64,000 nt of DNA from Finegoldia magna (lineage in GTDB: Bacteria > Bacillota > Clostridia > Tissierellales > Peptoniphilaceae), in the NCBI RefSeq assembly GCF_032482015.1, contig NZ_JAWERR010000004.1; one strand, 5' to 3'. The position numbers were made by a program, and so were the translations under genes. This document shows, piece after piece, positions 43,596-53,777 of the stretch. The notes beneath the pieces were generated by a model. It was given only the letters and a program-made list of their open reading frames with translations. It was not told where the DNA came from and searched no databases. Position 1 is the stretch's first letter, and each line of letters opens with the position of its first letter.

Positions 43596-44084
43596 TTATT
43601 TATCGTTAAATTTATCCTTTATATCGTCAATGATATTTTCTGGAACAAGTTCTGATATATCAGCGCCATAGGAAGCTATCTCTCTTACTATAGAAGACGA
43701 AAGAAATGCATATTTGCCATCTGCAACTAAAAACAATGTTTCTAATTCATTATTTAACTTCTTATTAGCCAAAGACATTTGCATTTCTGATTCAAAATCA
43801 CTCACAGCACGTAGTCCCCTTATAATTGTACTACAACCTATTTGTTTTGCAAAATCTACAGTCAATCCTTCAAATTGATGAACCCTTACATTAGATAAGT
43901 GGTTACATGCTTTTTCAATCATAGCAACTCTTTGTTCAAGTGAAAAAATGCTTTTCTTTTGAATGTTTTTTACAACAGCTACATTTACTTCTTCAAAAAT
44001 TTTTGCGCTTCTTTCAATAATATCCATGTGTCCATTTGTAATTGGATCAAAACTACCTGGATATAATACTTTTGTTTTATTCAT
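43596..44084 (-). CDS. coaD: phosphopantetheine adenylyltransferase
   Basis: YPGSFDPITNGHMDII. Start probably ATG 44084 (5 nt after GAGGAA). Overlaps the rsmD 3' end. Confidence 0.95.
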   Translation of the reverse strand: MNKTKVLYPGSFDPITNGHMDIIERSAKIFEEVNVAVVKNIQKKSIFSLEQRVAMIEKACNHLSNVRVHQFEGLTVDFAKQIGCSTIIRGLRAVSDFESEMQMSLANKKLNNELETLFLVADGKYAFLSSSIVREIASYGADISELVPENIIDDIKDKFNDK

Positions 44085-44637
44085 TATCATTCCTCAAAAA
44101 ATATATATTCTTCTTTTTACCATATTGTTTTTGTTTTTCTAATTTTAAATTTTTGAAATATTCATCAGACAATTCTTTTTCGGATTCTAATATTACAAGA
44201 CAATCATCATTTAAAAGATCATTATCTATTAGCATCTGAATGGATTCTTTGTAATAATTTAATCTTTCATAAGGCGGATCGATAAAAACATAATCAAATT
44301 TTAATCCTTGTCTTCTGATATTTAATAAATTTTTCTTAAAATCACCTTTAAAGACTTTTGCGAATTCCTGTGATTTTGTATGCTCAATATTTTCATTGAT
44401 GCATTTTATATTATCATTAGAAGCTTCACTAAATACTACTAAATCACATCCACGACTTATGAACTCTATACCAACTGCTCCACTTCCTGCAAATAAATCT
44501 AATGCTTTGGAATTAGGTTTTACTTGAAAAATCACGCTGAATATCGCTTCTTTTATTTTACCTTCTGTCGGTCTTGTAAATCTATCTAAATCGGTATTTA
44601 AGTTCATACCTCTCATTTTTCCTGAAATAACTTTCAT
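44077..44637 (-). CDS. rsmD: 16S rRNA (guanine966-N2)-methyltransferase
   Basis: 186 aa. RPTEGKIKEAIFS, LDLFAGSGAVGIE, DPPY. Confidence 0.9.
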   Translation of the reverse strand: MKVISGKMRGMNLNTDLDRFTRPTEGKIKEAIFSVIFQVKPNSKALDLFAGSGAVGIEFISRGCDLVVFSEASNDNIKCINENIEHTKSQEFAKVFKGDFKKNLLNIRRQGLKFDYVFIDPPYERLNYYKESIQMLIDNDLLNDDCLVILESEKELSDEYFKNLKLEKQKQYGKKKNIYFLRNDNE

Positions 44638-44645
44638 TTCTCACC

Positions 44646-46682
44646 TCAATTAAAAATAACATTTTCTAGTAATTTATCTTTAAACTTATTAATTTCTTCA
44701 TCCAAATACATATATTCTTTAGTTTTGCATAAATCATTCGTATATATATAATCGGTTATAACAGCAGCCTTTTCTATCAATTCATAGTCTTTTTCTAGGT
44801 CTGCTATGTTTAAAAGTGGTATCCCTGATTGTCTAGTTCCTAACAAATCACCACTACCTCTCATCATCAAATCCTTTTGTGATAGTTCAAAGCCGCTATT
44901 TGTCTTAACCATAATATTCATTCTTTCCATTTGTTCATCTGAATGTGCATTATTGATAAGAATACAATAAGATTGATCTGAAGATCTGCCCACTCTACCT
45001 CTTAGTTGATGAAGTTGTGAAAGTCCAAATCTTTCTGCATTATATATAACAATTACATTTGCTTTTTTGACATTAACGCCAACTTCAATAACTGTTGTAG
45101 ATACCAATATTTTTGTTTTCCCGTCTACAAAATCTTTCATAACTTCTTCTTTTTCCGAAGATTTCATTTTACCATGTAACATTCCAACATTTATATCAGA
45201 AAAATATTCACTAGATAACCTATTGTAAAGTTCTGTTACATTCTCTAAATCTAATGCTTCAGATTCTTCTATCAACGGACACACAACATAAGCTTGAAAC
45301 CCATTTTCAACTTGTTTTCTGATAAAAGCTGCTATTCTTTTTTCATAGCTAAATCCAACAGAATATGTTTCTATTATTTTTCTACCCTTAGGCATTTCAT
45401 TTATTGTTGATATATCCAAATCCCCGTAGTAAGAAAGTGCTAAAGTTCTTGGAATCGGAGTAGCTGTCATTACAAGAACATCTGGATTTTGTCCCTTGTC
45501 TGAAATTTTCTTTCTTTGACTTACACCAAATCTATGTTGCTCATCGGTAATTACAAGTCCAAGCTTTTTGAATTCTACAAAATCTTGAATTATTGCATGC
45601 GTACCAACTATGACATCAAAATAACCCGACTTTATTCCTTCTAAAACAGAATCTTTTTCCGATTTTGTTAAATCAGATTTTAATAAACAAACTTTTAGCC
45701 CAAATTTTGAAAAATCATCAGATAGGCTTTCATAATGTTGTGTCGCTAAAATATCTGTTGGAGCCATAAAAGCTGATTGATAACCACTTGAGTGTGATTT
45801 GAATATTGCTGCTTCAGCTACTATTGTCTTTCCACTTCCTACATCTCCTTGAACCAATCTATTCATTCTCTTTTCAGATGTCATATCACTTTCAATATCT
45901 TTAATTGCTTCTAATTGTCCTTTTGTAAGTTCAAATTTCAGAGATTTTATGAAAATATCTATGCTCTCGTCTATTTTAAATTTTATATAATTTTGTTCGT
46001 TGAGTGTTGTCTTCATTGATTTCATTGCCAATTGCATTATAATAACTTCTTCAAGAACAAGAGCAGTCCTAGCTCTTTTAAATTGTGCATAATCTACAGG
46101 TTTGTGTATGTTTTTTATTGCATTTCTTTTGTTCTCAATATCGTAGTTTTTAATCATACTATAAGGAATAACATTTTTAATTTCATCAATACAATGTTTA
46201 ATAGCAAAATCAATGAATTTAATCATATCATTATTTGTAACGCCTTTTTTTACTTTGTAAATTGGATAAATAATGCCCAATTTTCCACCAAAAGATTTAC
46301 TTAAAATTGGAGAGGATATCTTAAATTGATTTTGAACTCTATTAATTTTCCCATACAAATAGTAGGTAGTGTTTGGTAAAATTTGATTTCTGATAAAAGG
46401 CTGATTAAACCATGACACACTGATTTTAGAAGTATCGTCAAAAGCAATAGCAGATGTTAAGTTTAAATTTCTTCTAAGATACTTAGTTACAGGTTTTGAA
46501 ATAAATTTGACTTTTATAACGCAGCTTTCTTCATCTCTTGTATCTATAATGTTTTTAATTATCGATCTATTTTCGTATCTATATGGGAAATAATTCAATA
46601 AATCATTAACATCAAAAATACCCATGGAGTTTAAAACTTCTAATTTTTTCTTTCCTATTCCTTTTATTTCTGATAATTGCAT
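44646..46682 (-). CDS. recG: ATP-dependent DNA helicase RecG
   Basis: 678 aa. Wedge/OB N-terminus, GDVGSGKT, DEQHRFG, QLHQLRGRVGR. Confidence 0.95.
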   Translation of the reverse strand: MQLSEIKGIGKKKLEVLNSMGIFDVNDLLNYFPYRYENRSIIKNIIDTRDEESCVIKVKFISKPVTKYLRRNLNLTSAIAFDDTSKISVSWFNQPFIRNQILPNTTYYLYGKINRVQNQFKISSPILSKSFGGKLGIIYPIYKVKKGVTNNDMIKFIDFAIKHCIDEIKNVIPYSMIKNYDIENKRNAIKNIHKPVDYAQFKRARTALVLEEVIIMQLAMKSMKTTLNEQNYIKFKIDESIDIFIKSLKFELTKGQLEAIKDIESDMTSEKRMNRLVQGDVGSGKTIVAEAAIFKSHSSGYQSAFMAPTDILATQHYESLSDDFSKFGLKVCLLKSDLTKSEKDSVLEGIKSGYFDVIVGTHAIIQDFVEFKKLGLVITDEQHRFGVSQRKKISDKGQNPDVLVMTATPIPRTLALSYYGDLDISTINEMPKGRKIIETYSVGFSYEKRIAAFIRKQVENGFQAYVVCPLIEESEALDLENVTELYNRLSSEYFSDINVGMLHGKMKSSEKEEVMKDFVDGKTKILVSTTVIEVGVNVKKANVIVIYNAERFGLSQLHQLRGRVGRSSDQSYCILINNAHSDEQMERMNIMVKTNSGFELSQKDLMMRGSGDLLGTRQSGIPLLNIADLEKDYELIEKAAVITDYIYTNDLCKTKEYMYLDEEINKFKDKLLENVIFN

Positions 46683-46723
46683 AACTCACCACACAAAAAA
46701 ATCCCTACATTAAACATACAAAT

Positions 46724-46749
46724 AATAGACCGATGAAAATCGATCTATT
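46724..46749 (-). terminator. hairpin after yloV-like gene (GAAA tetraloop)
   Basis: AATAGACCGAT-GAAA-ATCGATCTATT (one mismatch), followed on the minus strand by a T-rich tract. Confidence 0.45.
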
Positions 46750-46771
46750 ATCTGAAATTATTTGTAAGGAG

Positions 46772-48397
46772 TTATTCTATTGAAAATACATAGTAATATA
46801 AAGGTTGAGATCCTTCAACAACCTCAATATCAATATTTTTATATTCTTCTTCCAAACTATCCTTCAACTTATTAGCAACCATTTCATCACAGCCTTCACC
46901 GTAATAAATTGTAACCAATGAATCGTCTTTTTGAATTAGTTGTCTCAATAAATCCATTGAAACTTTATTAATATCATTACCTACCGCTCTGATATTCTTT
47001 TGGTCAAGACCTATAATGTCATCTTTCTTTACTTTTATATCTGACATATTTAAATCTTTTACAGCAAAAGTAACTTCACCCGTCTTCACTGTAGCTATTA
47101 CATCATTAAAGCTATCAAAGTTTTCTTCTGCACTTGCTTCTTCGTTAAAAGCTAAAAGAGCCGAAATGGATTGTGGTACGGCTTTTGTTTCTACAACGAA
47201 AACTTTTTTATCAACTATTTGTTTTGCTTGATTAGCTGATAATATGATGTTCTTATTGTTAGGGAATACAAAAACTGTTTTTGCATTAACTTTTTCAATG
47301 GAATTGACTATATCTTCAGTTGATGGATTCATCGTTTGACCACCAGTAATCACTTCATCCACATTTAACATATCGAAAACTTTACTGAAGCCTTTACCAC
47401 TGCTAACAACTACAAATCCAAAATCTTTTTCTGGTTCTGAATGTTTAGTAGAAGCTTGGCTAATTTCTTCTTCAGTAGAATGCAAGTTTTGATGTTGTAG
47501 TCTCATATTATCTATTTTAATATCTCTTAGAGCGCCTAATTCCATGGCAATTTCTAAAACTTTACCAGGATTATTAGTGTGAATATGAGTTTTGATTACT
47601 CCATCACCTTTTACAACTAGTAAACAATCACCAAAGTTTTCTAATTTTGATCTATATGAATTTTCATCTGCATCAGTCATTATAAAAAATTCAGTACAAT
47701 ATCCGAATTCTATTTCTTCATCTGATACAACATTCGTATTTTCATTAATAGTTCTAGAAGATTCGTCAATTATTGTTTCTGAAATCAATTTTTCATTATC
47801 GTAATTTAACACACCTTCTAAGAATAGCATTAATCCTTGTCCACCCGCATCAACTACGTCGGCTTCTTTTAAAACAGATAACATTTCTTTAGTTTTAAGA
47901 AGTGCCTTGTTACCTTCAGATATAATATCTGTCAAAAATTCTTTGACATCTTCATAATTTTGATAATTTTGATCAGCAAACTCACCCATACATCTAGAAA
48001 CTGTAAGAATAGTTCCTTCTGTTGGTTTCATTACGGCTTTATAAGCAGTTTTATAACTTTCTACAAATCCATCTCTTAATGCAAATATATTAAATTCAGT
48101 ATAATCTTTAAATCCATTATAAAAACCTCTCATGATTTGAGAAGTGATTACACCAGAATTCCCTCTAGCTCCCATAAGAGAACCATCACTCATAGCTTTA
48201 GCTAAATTTGCAATGCTCAAATCAGCTACGCCATTAACTTTTGAAATAGCTGATTTAATTGTCAATGTCATATTAGTACCAGTATCTCCATCTGGAACTG
48301 GAAAAACATTTAGGCTATTTACTATTTCTCTTTTATTTTCTAAGTTCTTAAATCCCGCTAGAAGGCAATTCTTGAACAGTGTTGCGTCATTCTTCAT
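46772..48397 (-). CDS. DAK2/DegV-like domain protein (YloV family)
   Basis: ATG 48397 follows AGGGGG (MKNDATLFKNCLLAGF...). DhaL motif PDGDTGTNM. The track start 48454 overlaps the asp23 gene. Confidence 0.88.
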   Translation of the reverse strand: MKNDATLFKNCLLAGFKNLENKREIVNSLNVFPVPDGDTGTNMTLTIKSAISKVNGVADLSIANLAKAMSDGSLMGARGNSGVITSQIMRGFYNGFKDYTEFNIFALRDGFVESYKTAYKAVMKPTEGTILTVSRCMGEFADQNYQNYEDVKEFLTDIISEGNKALLKTKEMLSVLKEADVVDAGGQGLMLFLEGVLNYDNEKLISETIIDESSRTINENTNVVSDEEIEFGYCTEFFIMTDADENSYRSKLENFGDCLLVVKGDGVIKTHIHTNNPGKVLEIAMELGALRDIKIDNMRLQHQNLHSTEEEISQASTKHSEPEKDFGFVVVSSGKGFSKVFDMLNVDEVITGGQTMNPSTEDIVNSIEKVNAKTVFVFPNNKNIILSANQAKQIVDKKVFVVETKAVPQSISALLAFNEEASAEENFDSFNDVIATVKTGEVTFAVKDLNMSDIKVKKDDIIGLDQKNIRAVGNDINKVSMDLLRQLIQKDDSLVTIYYGEGCDEMVANKLKDSLEEEYKNIDIEVVEGSQPLYYYVFSIE

Positions 48398-48405
48398 TGT
48401 GCCCC

Positions 48406-48768
48406 CTATTTTTCTTCGTTTATTCTCATATCTTGAACAAGAACATTTACACATTCTACTTCAAGACCAGTTTTGTTTTCTACACTATATTTAACTGTAT
48501 CAATAATATTTTGGCAAACCACAGCAATTTTAGTACCATATTCCAAAACTACAGTCAAATCTATTACAATTTTATTATTTTTTGTATAAACTTTTACTCC
48601 CTTACTCATATTGTCTTTATTGAGTAACATTAAAAATCCATCTGATAAATTTTTATAAGCTAGTCCAACAATTCCGTAACAAGTCATAGCTGTTTCACTA
48701 GCAATAGTTCTAACGATATTATCTGATATTAATATTGAACCATATTCGTTATCAATTTTAGTAGTCAT
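48406..48768 (-). CDS. Asp23/Gls24 family envelope stress protein (YloU-like)
   Basis: 120 aa. GSILISDNIVRTIASETAMTCYGIVGL. Confidence 0.88.
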   Translation of the reverse strand: MTTKIDNEYGSILISDNIVRTIASETAMTCYGIVGLAYKNLSDGFLMLLNKDNMSKGVKVYTKNNKIVIDLTVVLEYGTKIAVVCQNIIDTVKYSVENKTGLEVECVNVLVQDMRINEEK

Positions 48769-48879
48769 ATTACCTCCTATTTGTGATACCTAATTAATTA
48801 TATTATACTCTTTTAATGTTTAAGATTCTAATTTACATATTAATACTATATTATTATAACATATTTTAGCTCTAAAAGC

Positions 48880-48909
48880 TTGAAATTCAGTTTTAAAATA
48901 TGCTATAAT
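48880..48909 (+). promoter_or_regulatory. sigma-A type promoter of rpmB
   Basis: TTGAAA (48880..48885), 18 nt spacer, TGcTATAAT (hexamer 48904..48909). Confidence 0.6.
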
Positions 48910-48947
48910 ATCAAGAGACATTTGAAAAAGAACCAGGAGGTGTAATT

Positions 48948-49163
48948 ATGTCCAAAAAATGTGAAATTTGTGGTAAATCAAGAACTTTCGGAAATAATAG
49001 ATCATTTTCTTTAAGATCTTCAAATAGAAGCTGGGCACCTAACATCAGAAAAGTTAGAGCTTTAGTTGATGGCAAACCAAAAAGAATCAATGTATGCACT
49101 AGATGCTTAAGATCAGGTTTAGTTGAAAGACCTCAATTTATCAAAACAACAGAAGAAGAATAA
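48948..49163 (+). CDS. rpmB: 50S ribosomal protein L28
   Basis: 71 aa. MSKKCEICGKSRTFGNNRSFSL...; SD AGGAGGTG. Confidence 0.95.
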   Translation: MSKKCEICGKSRTFGNNRSFSLRSSNRSWAPNIRKVRALVDGKPKRINVCTRCLRSGLVERPQFIKTTEEE

Positions 49164-49164
49164 A

Positions 49165-49193
49165 ACAAAGAGTCGAAAATTCGACTCTTTTTT
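49165..49193. terminator. bidirectional terminator between rpmB and thiN
   Basis: AAAGAGTCGAA / TTCGACTCTTT stem flanked by A/T runs. Overlaps the thiN stop. Confidence 0.75.
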
Positions 49194-49824
49194 AATCTCT
49201 AGAATCAATCAAAAGACCATATCCTTCTATTAATTCTATATATGCTTTTTTATCTTTTATTTTATTGCTAATCGTCAAAGTTGAACAAAAATCAACATCT
49301 AAAAATTCACTGTCGTATTCAAAGCCTTTTAATCTAATTTTCATTCCATTATTCGATAATACTACAATAGAAATATAATCATATTTCATAACACAATCTG
49401 TGCTTTTTCCTAAGAATTTAATTATATTATTGTTTCCAATAAATATAAGTTCAATTCCTTTTTCAAAGCATCTTTTTGAATAAATTAAATTCGACATTGT
49501 GTGATCTAATCTAGTTCCTGTTGCCCCAAAAGCATATATTGTATTACAGTTTTTTTCGATTAATATATTTATTGCGGCTTCAAAATCAGTAAAATCTTTT
49601 TTACAATTATATTTTTCAAGAATCTTGTTGTTTTCTTCTAGAAAAGTTTTATCTTCTGGATTTATAGAATCAAAATCTCCTATAGCGAAATCAAAATCTT
49701 TGTGATAATCGGTGAAATATTTTGTTCCACCATCTACAGCTATTTTAAAATCTGACTTTTCATAATATTCTTCAAAAAGATTCTTATCAGATAATTCTCC
49801 GGCGCAACAAATCAAACCAATCAT
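49192..49824 (-). CDS. thiN: thiamine pyrophosphokinase
   Basis: 210 aa. DGGTKYF...AIGDFDS, and RLDHTMSN. Confidence 0.88.
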   Translation of the reverse strand: MIGLICCAGELSDKNLFEEYYEKSDFKIAVDGGTKYFTDYHKDFDFAIGDFDSINPEDKTFLEENNKILEKYNCKKDFTDFEAAINILIEKNCNTIYAFGATGTRLDHTMSNLIYSKRCFEKGIELIFIGNNNIIKFLGKSTDCVMKYDYISIVVLSNNGMKIRLKGFEYDSEFLDVDFCSTLTISNKIKDKKAYIELIEGYGLLIDSRD

Positions 49825-50360
49825 TTTTTACTTACCTTTGATACAGGTTTAATTAAAATTAATATGACAACTATCGCTATAATTCCATTAGGAACAATGT
49901 AGGTAATATTATACAAGAACGATCCTAGTAAAGCAGGTATATCTTTTGGTAATGTATCTTTGAAGAATACGTAACCACTTAAAATAGCAGCTACTCCTCT
50001 CATTAAAATAGCGAACACACATGCTAAAATCATTTCAAAATTAATTTTACCGCTCAAAGTTTCATTATTACATCCTAATCCTGATAGACCTAAAGCCATG
50101 TATGCTATTGGATAATCTAGTAAGTATTGTATTGGATGAATAACATATGAATCAACAAAACTATCTAAAATTCCATACATTAAACCAATTACAATCCCTG
50201 GTTTAAGTCCCCATCTTAGTCCAAATAATAAAATTGGAACATATCCAGCCAAAGAAACAGATCCCCCTCTTGGCATTTTGAAAATAACAATACTGTTTAG
50301 CACAGCTGTCAGAGCTAAAGTAATAGCCCCTTCAACCATAAATCTCAAATTTTTGTTCAA
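49821..50360 (-). CDS. thiT: thiamine transporter ThiT (ECF S-component, YuaJ family)
   Basis: 179 aa, 6 TM. MPRGGSVSLAGYVPILLFGLRWG. TTG start after GGAGGA. 4-nt overlap with thiN. Confidence 0.85.
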   Translation of the reverse strand: MNKNLRFMVEGAITLALTAVLNSIVIFKMPRGGSVSLAGYVPILLFGLRWGLKPGIVIGLMYGILDSFVDSYVIHPIQYLLDYPIAYMALGLSGLGCNNETLSGKINFEMILACVFAILMRGVAAILSGYVFFKDTLPKDIPALLGSFLYNITYIVPNGIIAIVVILILIKPVSKVSKK

Positions 50361-50375
50361 TATATCCTCCTGTTA

Positions 50376-51026
50376 CTATAATTTTTCATTGTAAATATCT
50401 AATTGCGATTCTATATTTTGATTAAAAACATCTGAACCACTTACAATTAGATTAGCCCCTGATTCTAAAACTTTATCGACATTAGAAGTTTTTACTCCTC
50501 CATCAACTTCCAATATAATATACTTTTGTGATTTCTCAATCATTTTTCTTGCATCTTTTATTTTTGAATATTGACTTTCTATAAATGATTGTCCTCCAAA
50601 TCCTGGATTTACACTCATTACTAGTATTATATCCAGATCATCAATAATATATTCACAACATTCTAAACTTGTGGATGGATTAAGTGCTAATCCACATTTT
50701 TTTCCAGCTTTATGAACAGTCTGAATAATCCTATGAGGATGAAAAGTTGCTTCTGGATGAAAAGTAATTATGTCAGCTCCAGCATTCAACATGTCATCTA
50801 TAATATTTTCTGGTTTGTTAACCATCAAGTGACAATCAAAAATAAATTCCGGATATTTCTCTCTGATCTGTTTTATAACGGCTGGACCAAAAGAAATATT
50901 TGGCACAAAATTACCATCCATAACATCTAAGTGTAAGTATTTTATTCCCTTATTTTTTAATATATCTAAGTTTTTTTCTAACTCAAAAAAGTTACAAGCC
51001 AACAAAGATGGACTTAAGTTAGCCAT
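50376..51026 (-). CDS. rpe: ribulose-phosphate 3-epimerase
   Basis: 216 aa. HLDVMDGNFVPN, SVNPGFGGQ. Confidence 0.95.
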   Translation of the reverse strand: MANLSPSLLACNFFELEKNLDILKNKGIKYLHLDVMDGNFVPNISFGPAVIKQIREKYPEFIFDCHLMVNKPENIIDDMLNAGADIITFHPEATFHPHRIIQTVHKAGKKCGLALNPSTSLECCEYIIDDLDIILVMSVNPGFGGQSFIESQYSKIKDARKMIEKSQKYIILEVDGGVKTSNVDKVLESGANLIVSGSDVFNQNIESQLDIYNEKL

Positions 51027-51904
51027 TAATACCTCCTAATTTTTTCGTATTCTTCAACAATTTTCAAATAATTATCATATCTACTTTGAGATATTTCTCC
51101 AGTTTCAACAAGCCTTTTTATTTCACATTTTGGTTCATTAATGTGATCACAATTATTGAATTTACATTTTGAACTGTTTTTTCTAAATTCTACAAAGTTA
51201 TTTTTGATTTCAGATTTTTCATCTAAAAAAGACAAATCAAAAGAACTAAAACCCGGTGTGTCCAAAACGTAAGTATTGTCATCTACCATTTTAATTTCAA
51301 TGTGTCTTGTCGTTTGTTTTCCCCTCTGAGTTTTATCACTAATTTTTCCAGAAATAAAATTCTCATTTGGAAATAAATTTTTTAAAGTACTTGATTTCCC
51401 TGCCCCACTAGGGCCAATGACACAACTAATATGATTTTTGAATTCATTTAATAACTCTTCATTAGTAATTGAAGATTCATTTGAATTGAATATTACTTTA
51501 TACCCAATATTTCTGTATATATCAGCATAAAATTTTTTCTCATCCTCAGATACCAAATCAGATTTATTAAATACAATGACGCAATCAATGTTGTTCTTCT
51601 CAATCATTAATAGATATTTGTCTAGTAACATTAGATTAATATTAGGTGACTTAATGCTACTTAGAACGAAACATTTATCTATATTACTCACTTCAGGACG
51701 GTGTAAAAGCACAGATCTTGGATGTATTTTTAAAATAAATCCAAGACCATTTTCTACATTTATATCTACTTTATCCCCTACAACTGGAGTAATTTTCTTG
51801 TTCCTAAAATTCCCCTTTGCCTTCGAAGGATACACTTCGTTTCCAATGCTTACGTAGAATAATTCTCTTTGAATTTTAGTAATTACACCTGTTTTATCCG
51901 ACAT
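51026..51904 (-). CDS. rsgA: ribosome small-subunit-dependent GTPase A
   Basis: 292 aa. OB domain, circularly permuted GTPase (NKSDL...GPSGAGKSS), and a C-terminal Zn cluster CKFNNCDHINEPKC. Confidence 0.93.
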   Translation of the reverse strand: MSDKTGVITKIQRELFYVSIGNEVYPSKAKGNFRNKKITPVVGDKVDINVENGLGFILKIHPRSVLLHRPEVSNIDKCFVLSSIKSPNINLMLLDKYLLMIEKNNIDCVIVFNKSDLVSEDEKKFYADIYRNIGYKVIFNSNESSITNEELLNEFKNHISCVIGPSGAGKSSTLKNLFPNENFISGKISDKTQRGKQTTRHIEIKMVDDNTYVLDTPGFSSFDLSFLDEKSEIKNNFVEFRKNSSKCKFNNCDHINEPKCEIKRLVETGEISQSRYDNYLKIVEEYEKIRRY

Positions 51905-53777
51905 TAACTAATTCTCCATTAATATAGACTTTAATATCATTATTAGGCTTTGCTTTTACTTTAATTCTTATATCTCCTTCAGAAGCGTCATGGTTTTCTT
52001 CATAGATAATGTTGTTTTCAGTTTCATCTTTAACAGTTACTGTGTAAATCCCTTTTTCTACAGGTTTACTTATTCTAAATACTTTATCAATCATTTCAGG
52101 TTCCTTTTTACCTTTACTGATTATTACATCAATTGAACTATCTTTTTTAAGTTTCTTTCCCGCGTCATATTGTTGCCATATAACTTGGTTTGTATCGTAT
52201 GAATTACTAAATTTCTTTTCAATATTTCCTATATTCAGTCCAATTGATTTTAATTTATTACTAGCTTGACTAATATCAGTCCCTATTAAATCAACCATTT
52301 CTACTAGCTCTTCTTTCTTACCTAAAGAAATTACAACATCAACTTTAGAATCTTTATTTATGCTAGTTCCTGCATCCGGATGTTGTTGCATAATTTTTCC
52401 AGCTTCAAAATTATCACTGTTTTCTTTAGTTATTTCGCCAATTTCTAAGCCCAATTTGCTGAGTTGGATTTTAGCATTTTCTATAGTCATATTGGACAAA
52501 TTAGGTACTGATACCTGTTCCTCACCTTTGCTTACAACTAATTTTATAATAGTTCCTTTTTTTACTTCTGTACTAGACTCTGGATCTTGTTCTAATACTT
52601 TTCCTGGTTCAACATTACTTTCAGTCTTGTATTCTGAAACAACAGCAATTAAATTATTTGCTTTAGCTTTATTTAATGCTTCGTTTTCGGTTAAACCAGT
52701 CAATGCAGGAACTAAGACTAAGTCTTGCTTATTCTTATTTATATATTTCTTGCCGAATATAAATGCAACAAATACCAATGCTGCTAAAAGTACAGGCAAT
52801 AGAATCCACATAAACTTTTTAGATTTATTTTTGTTATCTTTTGTAGAAGATTGTTTAGGAGTTTTATAAACAGCTTCTTTTACTTCTGGTTGTTCATCAT
52901 TTTCTTTTATAATTGGATTCTTAGTGGTTTTTTGATACAAATCAGAGGAATAGGTTTGATAATTCTTCAACATTTCTTTTAATTCTGTAGCCGATTTGAA
53001 TCTATCATTAGGATCTTTTGCCATTGCTTTAACTATAATGTCATTAAGCCCTTGCGGCAAATCGTGTCTAAGATTAATAGGTGGTACCAATGGATCTTGA
53101 ATGTGTTTCAATGCAATTCCAACTGCATTTGGTGCGTCAAATGGCACTTCACCTGTAGCCATTTGGTACAATACAACACCTAATGAATATATATCACTTT
53201 TCTCATCAATAAATTTACCCTTTGCTTGTTCTGGTGAAATATAATGAACAGTTCCCAAAACAGTTGAAGTATATGTCAATGTTGCAGACGAAGAAATTCT
53301 TGCAATACCAAAATCTGTAGCTTTTAAATTGTTAGATTTATCAATTAACATATTATGTGGCTTAATGTCTCTGTGAATTATTCCATTCTTATGAGCACAT
53401 TCTAATGCACTTGCTATTTGAACACCATAATTTACGATATCTTCAATCGGCAAAATTTGTTTTTCATCGATTATATCTTTTAAAGTCTTGCCATCGACAT
53501 ATTCCATTACGATGTAATTATATTTGCGACCATCTACATAAGAACTTCCAACATCAAACACACTTACTATATTTGCATGAGTCAATGATGCAGCAGATTG
53601 TGCTTCCATAGCAAATTTTCTCAGAAAATCTTGGTCTTCCATGTATTCATTTTTTAATACTTTTACAGCGACATATCGGTTTAAAACAGTGTCCAAAGCC
53701 TTGTATACTTTGGCCATCCCGCCAACGCCGACCTCTTCTATTATCTCGTATCTATCGCCTAAAACTTTACCTATCAT
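51894..53777 (-). CDS. prkC: Ser/Thr protein kinase with three PASTA repeats
   Basis: Hanks kinase motifs (VAVK, HRDIKPHN, DFG). A single TM, 3 PASTA units and a C-terminal beta-rich domain. ATG 53777 follows AAGGGG. Confidence 0.93.
   Translation of the reverse strand: MIGKVLGDRYEIIEEVGVGGMAKVYKALDTVLNRYVAVKVLKNEYMEDQDFLRKFAMEAQSAASLTHANIVSVFDVGSSYVDGRKYNYIVMEYVDGKTLKDIIDEKQILPIEDIVNYGVQIASALECAHKNGIIHRDIKPHNMLIDKSNNLKATDFGIARISSSATLTYTSTVLGTVHYISPEQAKGKFIDEKSDIYSLGVVLYQMATGEVPFDAPNAVGIALKHIQDPLVPPINLRHDLPQGLNDIIVKAMAKDPNDRFKSATELKEMLKNYQTYSSDLYQKTTKNPIIKENDEQPEVKEAVYKTPKQSSTKDNKNKSKKFMWILLPVLLAALVFVAFIFGKKYINKNKQDLVLVPALTGLTENEALNKAKANNLIAVVSEYKTESNVEPGKVLEQDPESSTEVKKGTIIKLVVSKGEEQVSVPNLSNMTIENAKIQLSKLGLEIGEITKENSDNFEAGKIMQQHPDAGTSINKDSKVDVVISLGKKEELVEMVDLIGTDISQASNKLKSIGLNIGNIEKKFSNSYDTNQVIWQQYDAGKKLKKDSSIDVIISKGKKEPEMIDKVFRISKPVEKGIYTVTVKDETENNIIYEENHDASEGDIRIKVKAKPNNDIKVYINGELVNVG

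Noticed and set aside
50361-50375. Expected TPP riboswitch upstream of thiT
   Set aside because: The spacer is only 15 nt and no THI-box-like sequence is visible nearby. Reported as an absence in the findings.
52360-52869. 169-aa plus-strand ORF antisense to prkC. Similar long antisense ORFs occur at 61907..62353, 62724..63092, 48144..48494, 1788..2030, 2427..2690, 9762..10028 and 10353..10601.
   Set aside because: All lie entirely inside well-supported minus-strand genes and lack SD sequences. Their F/L/S/I-rich low-complexity translations are typical of the antisense frame of AT-rich genes.
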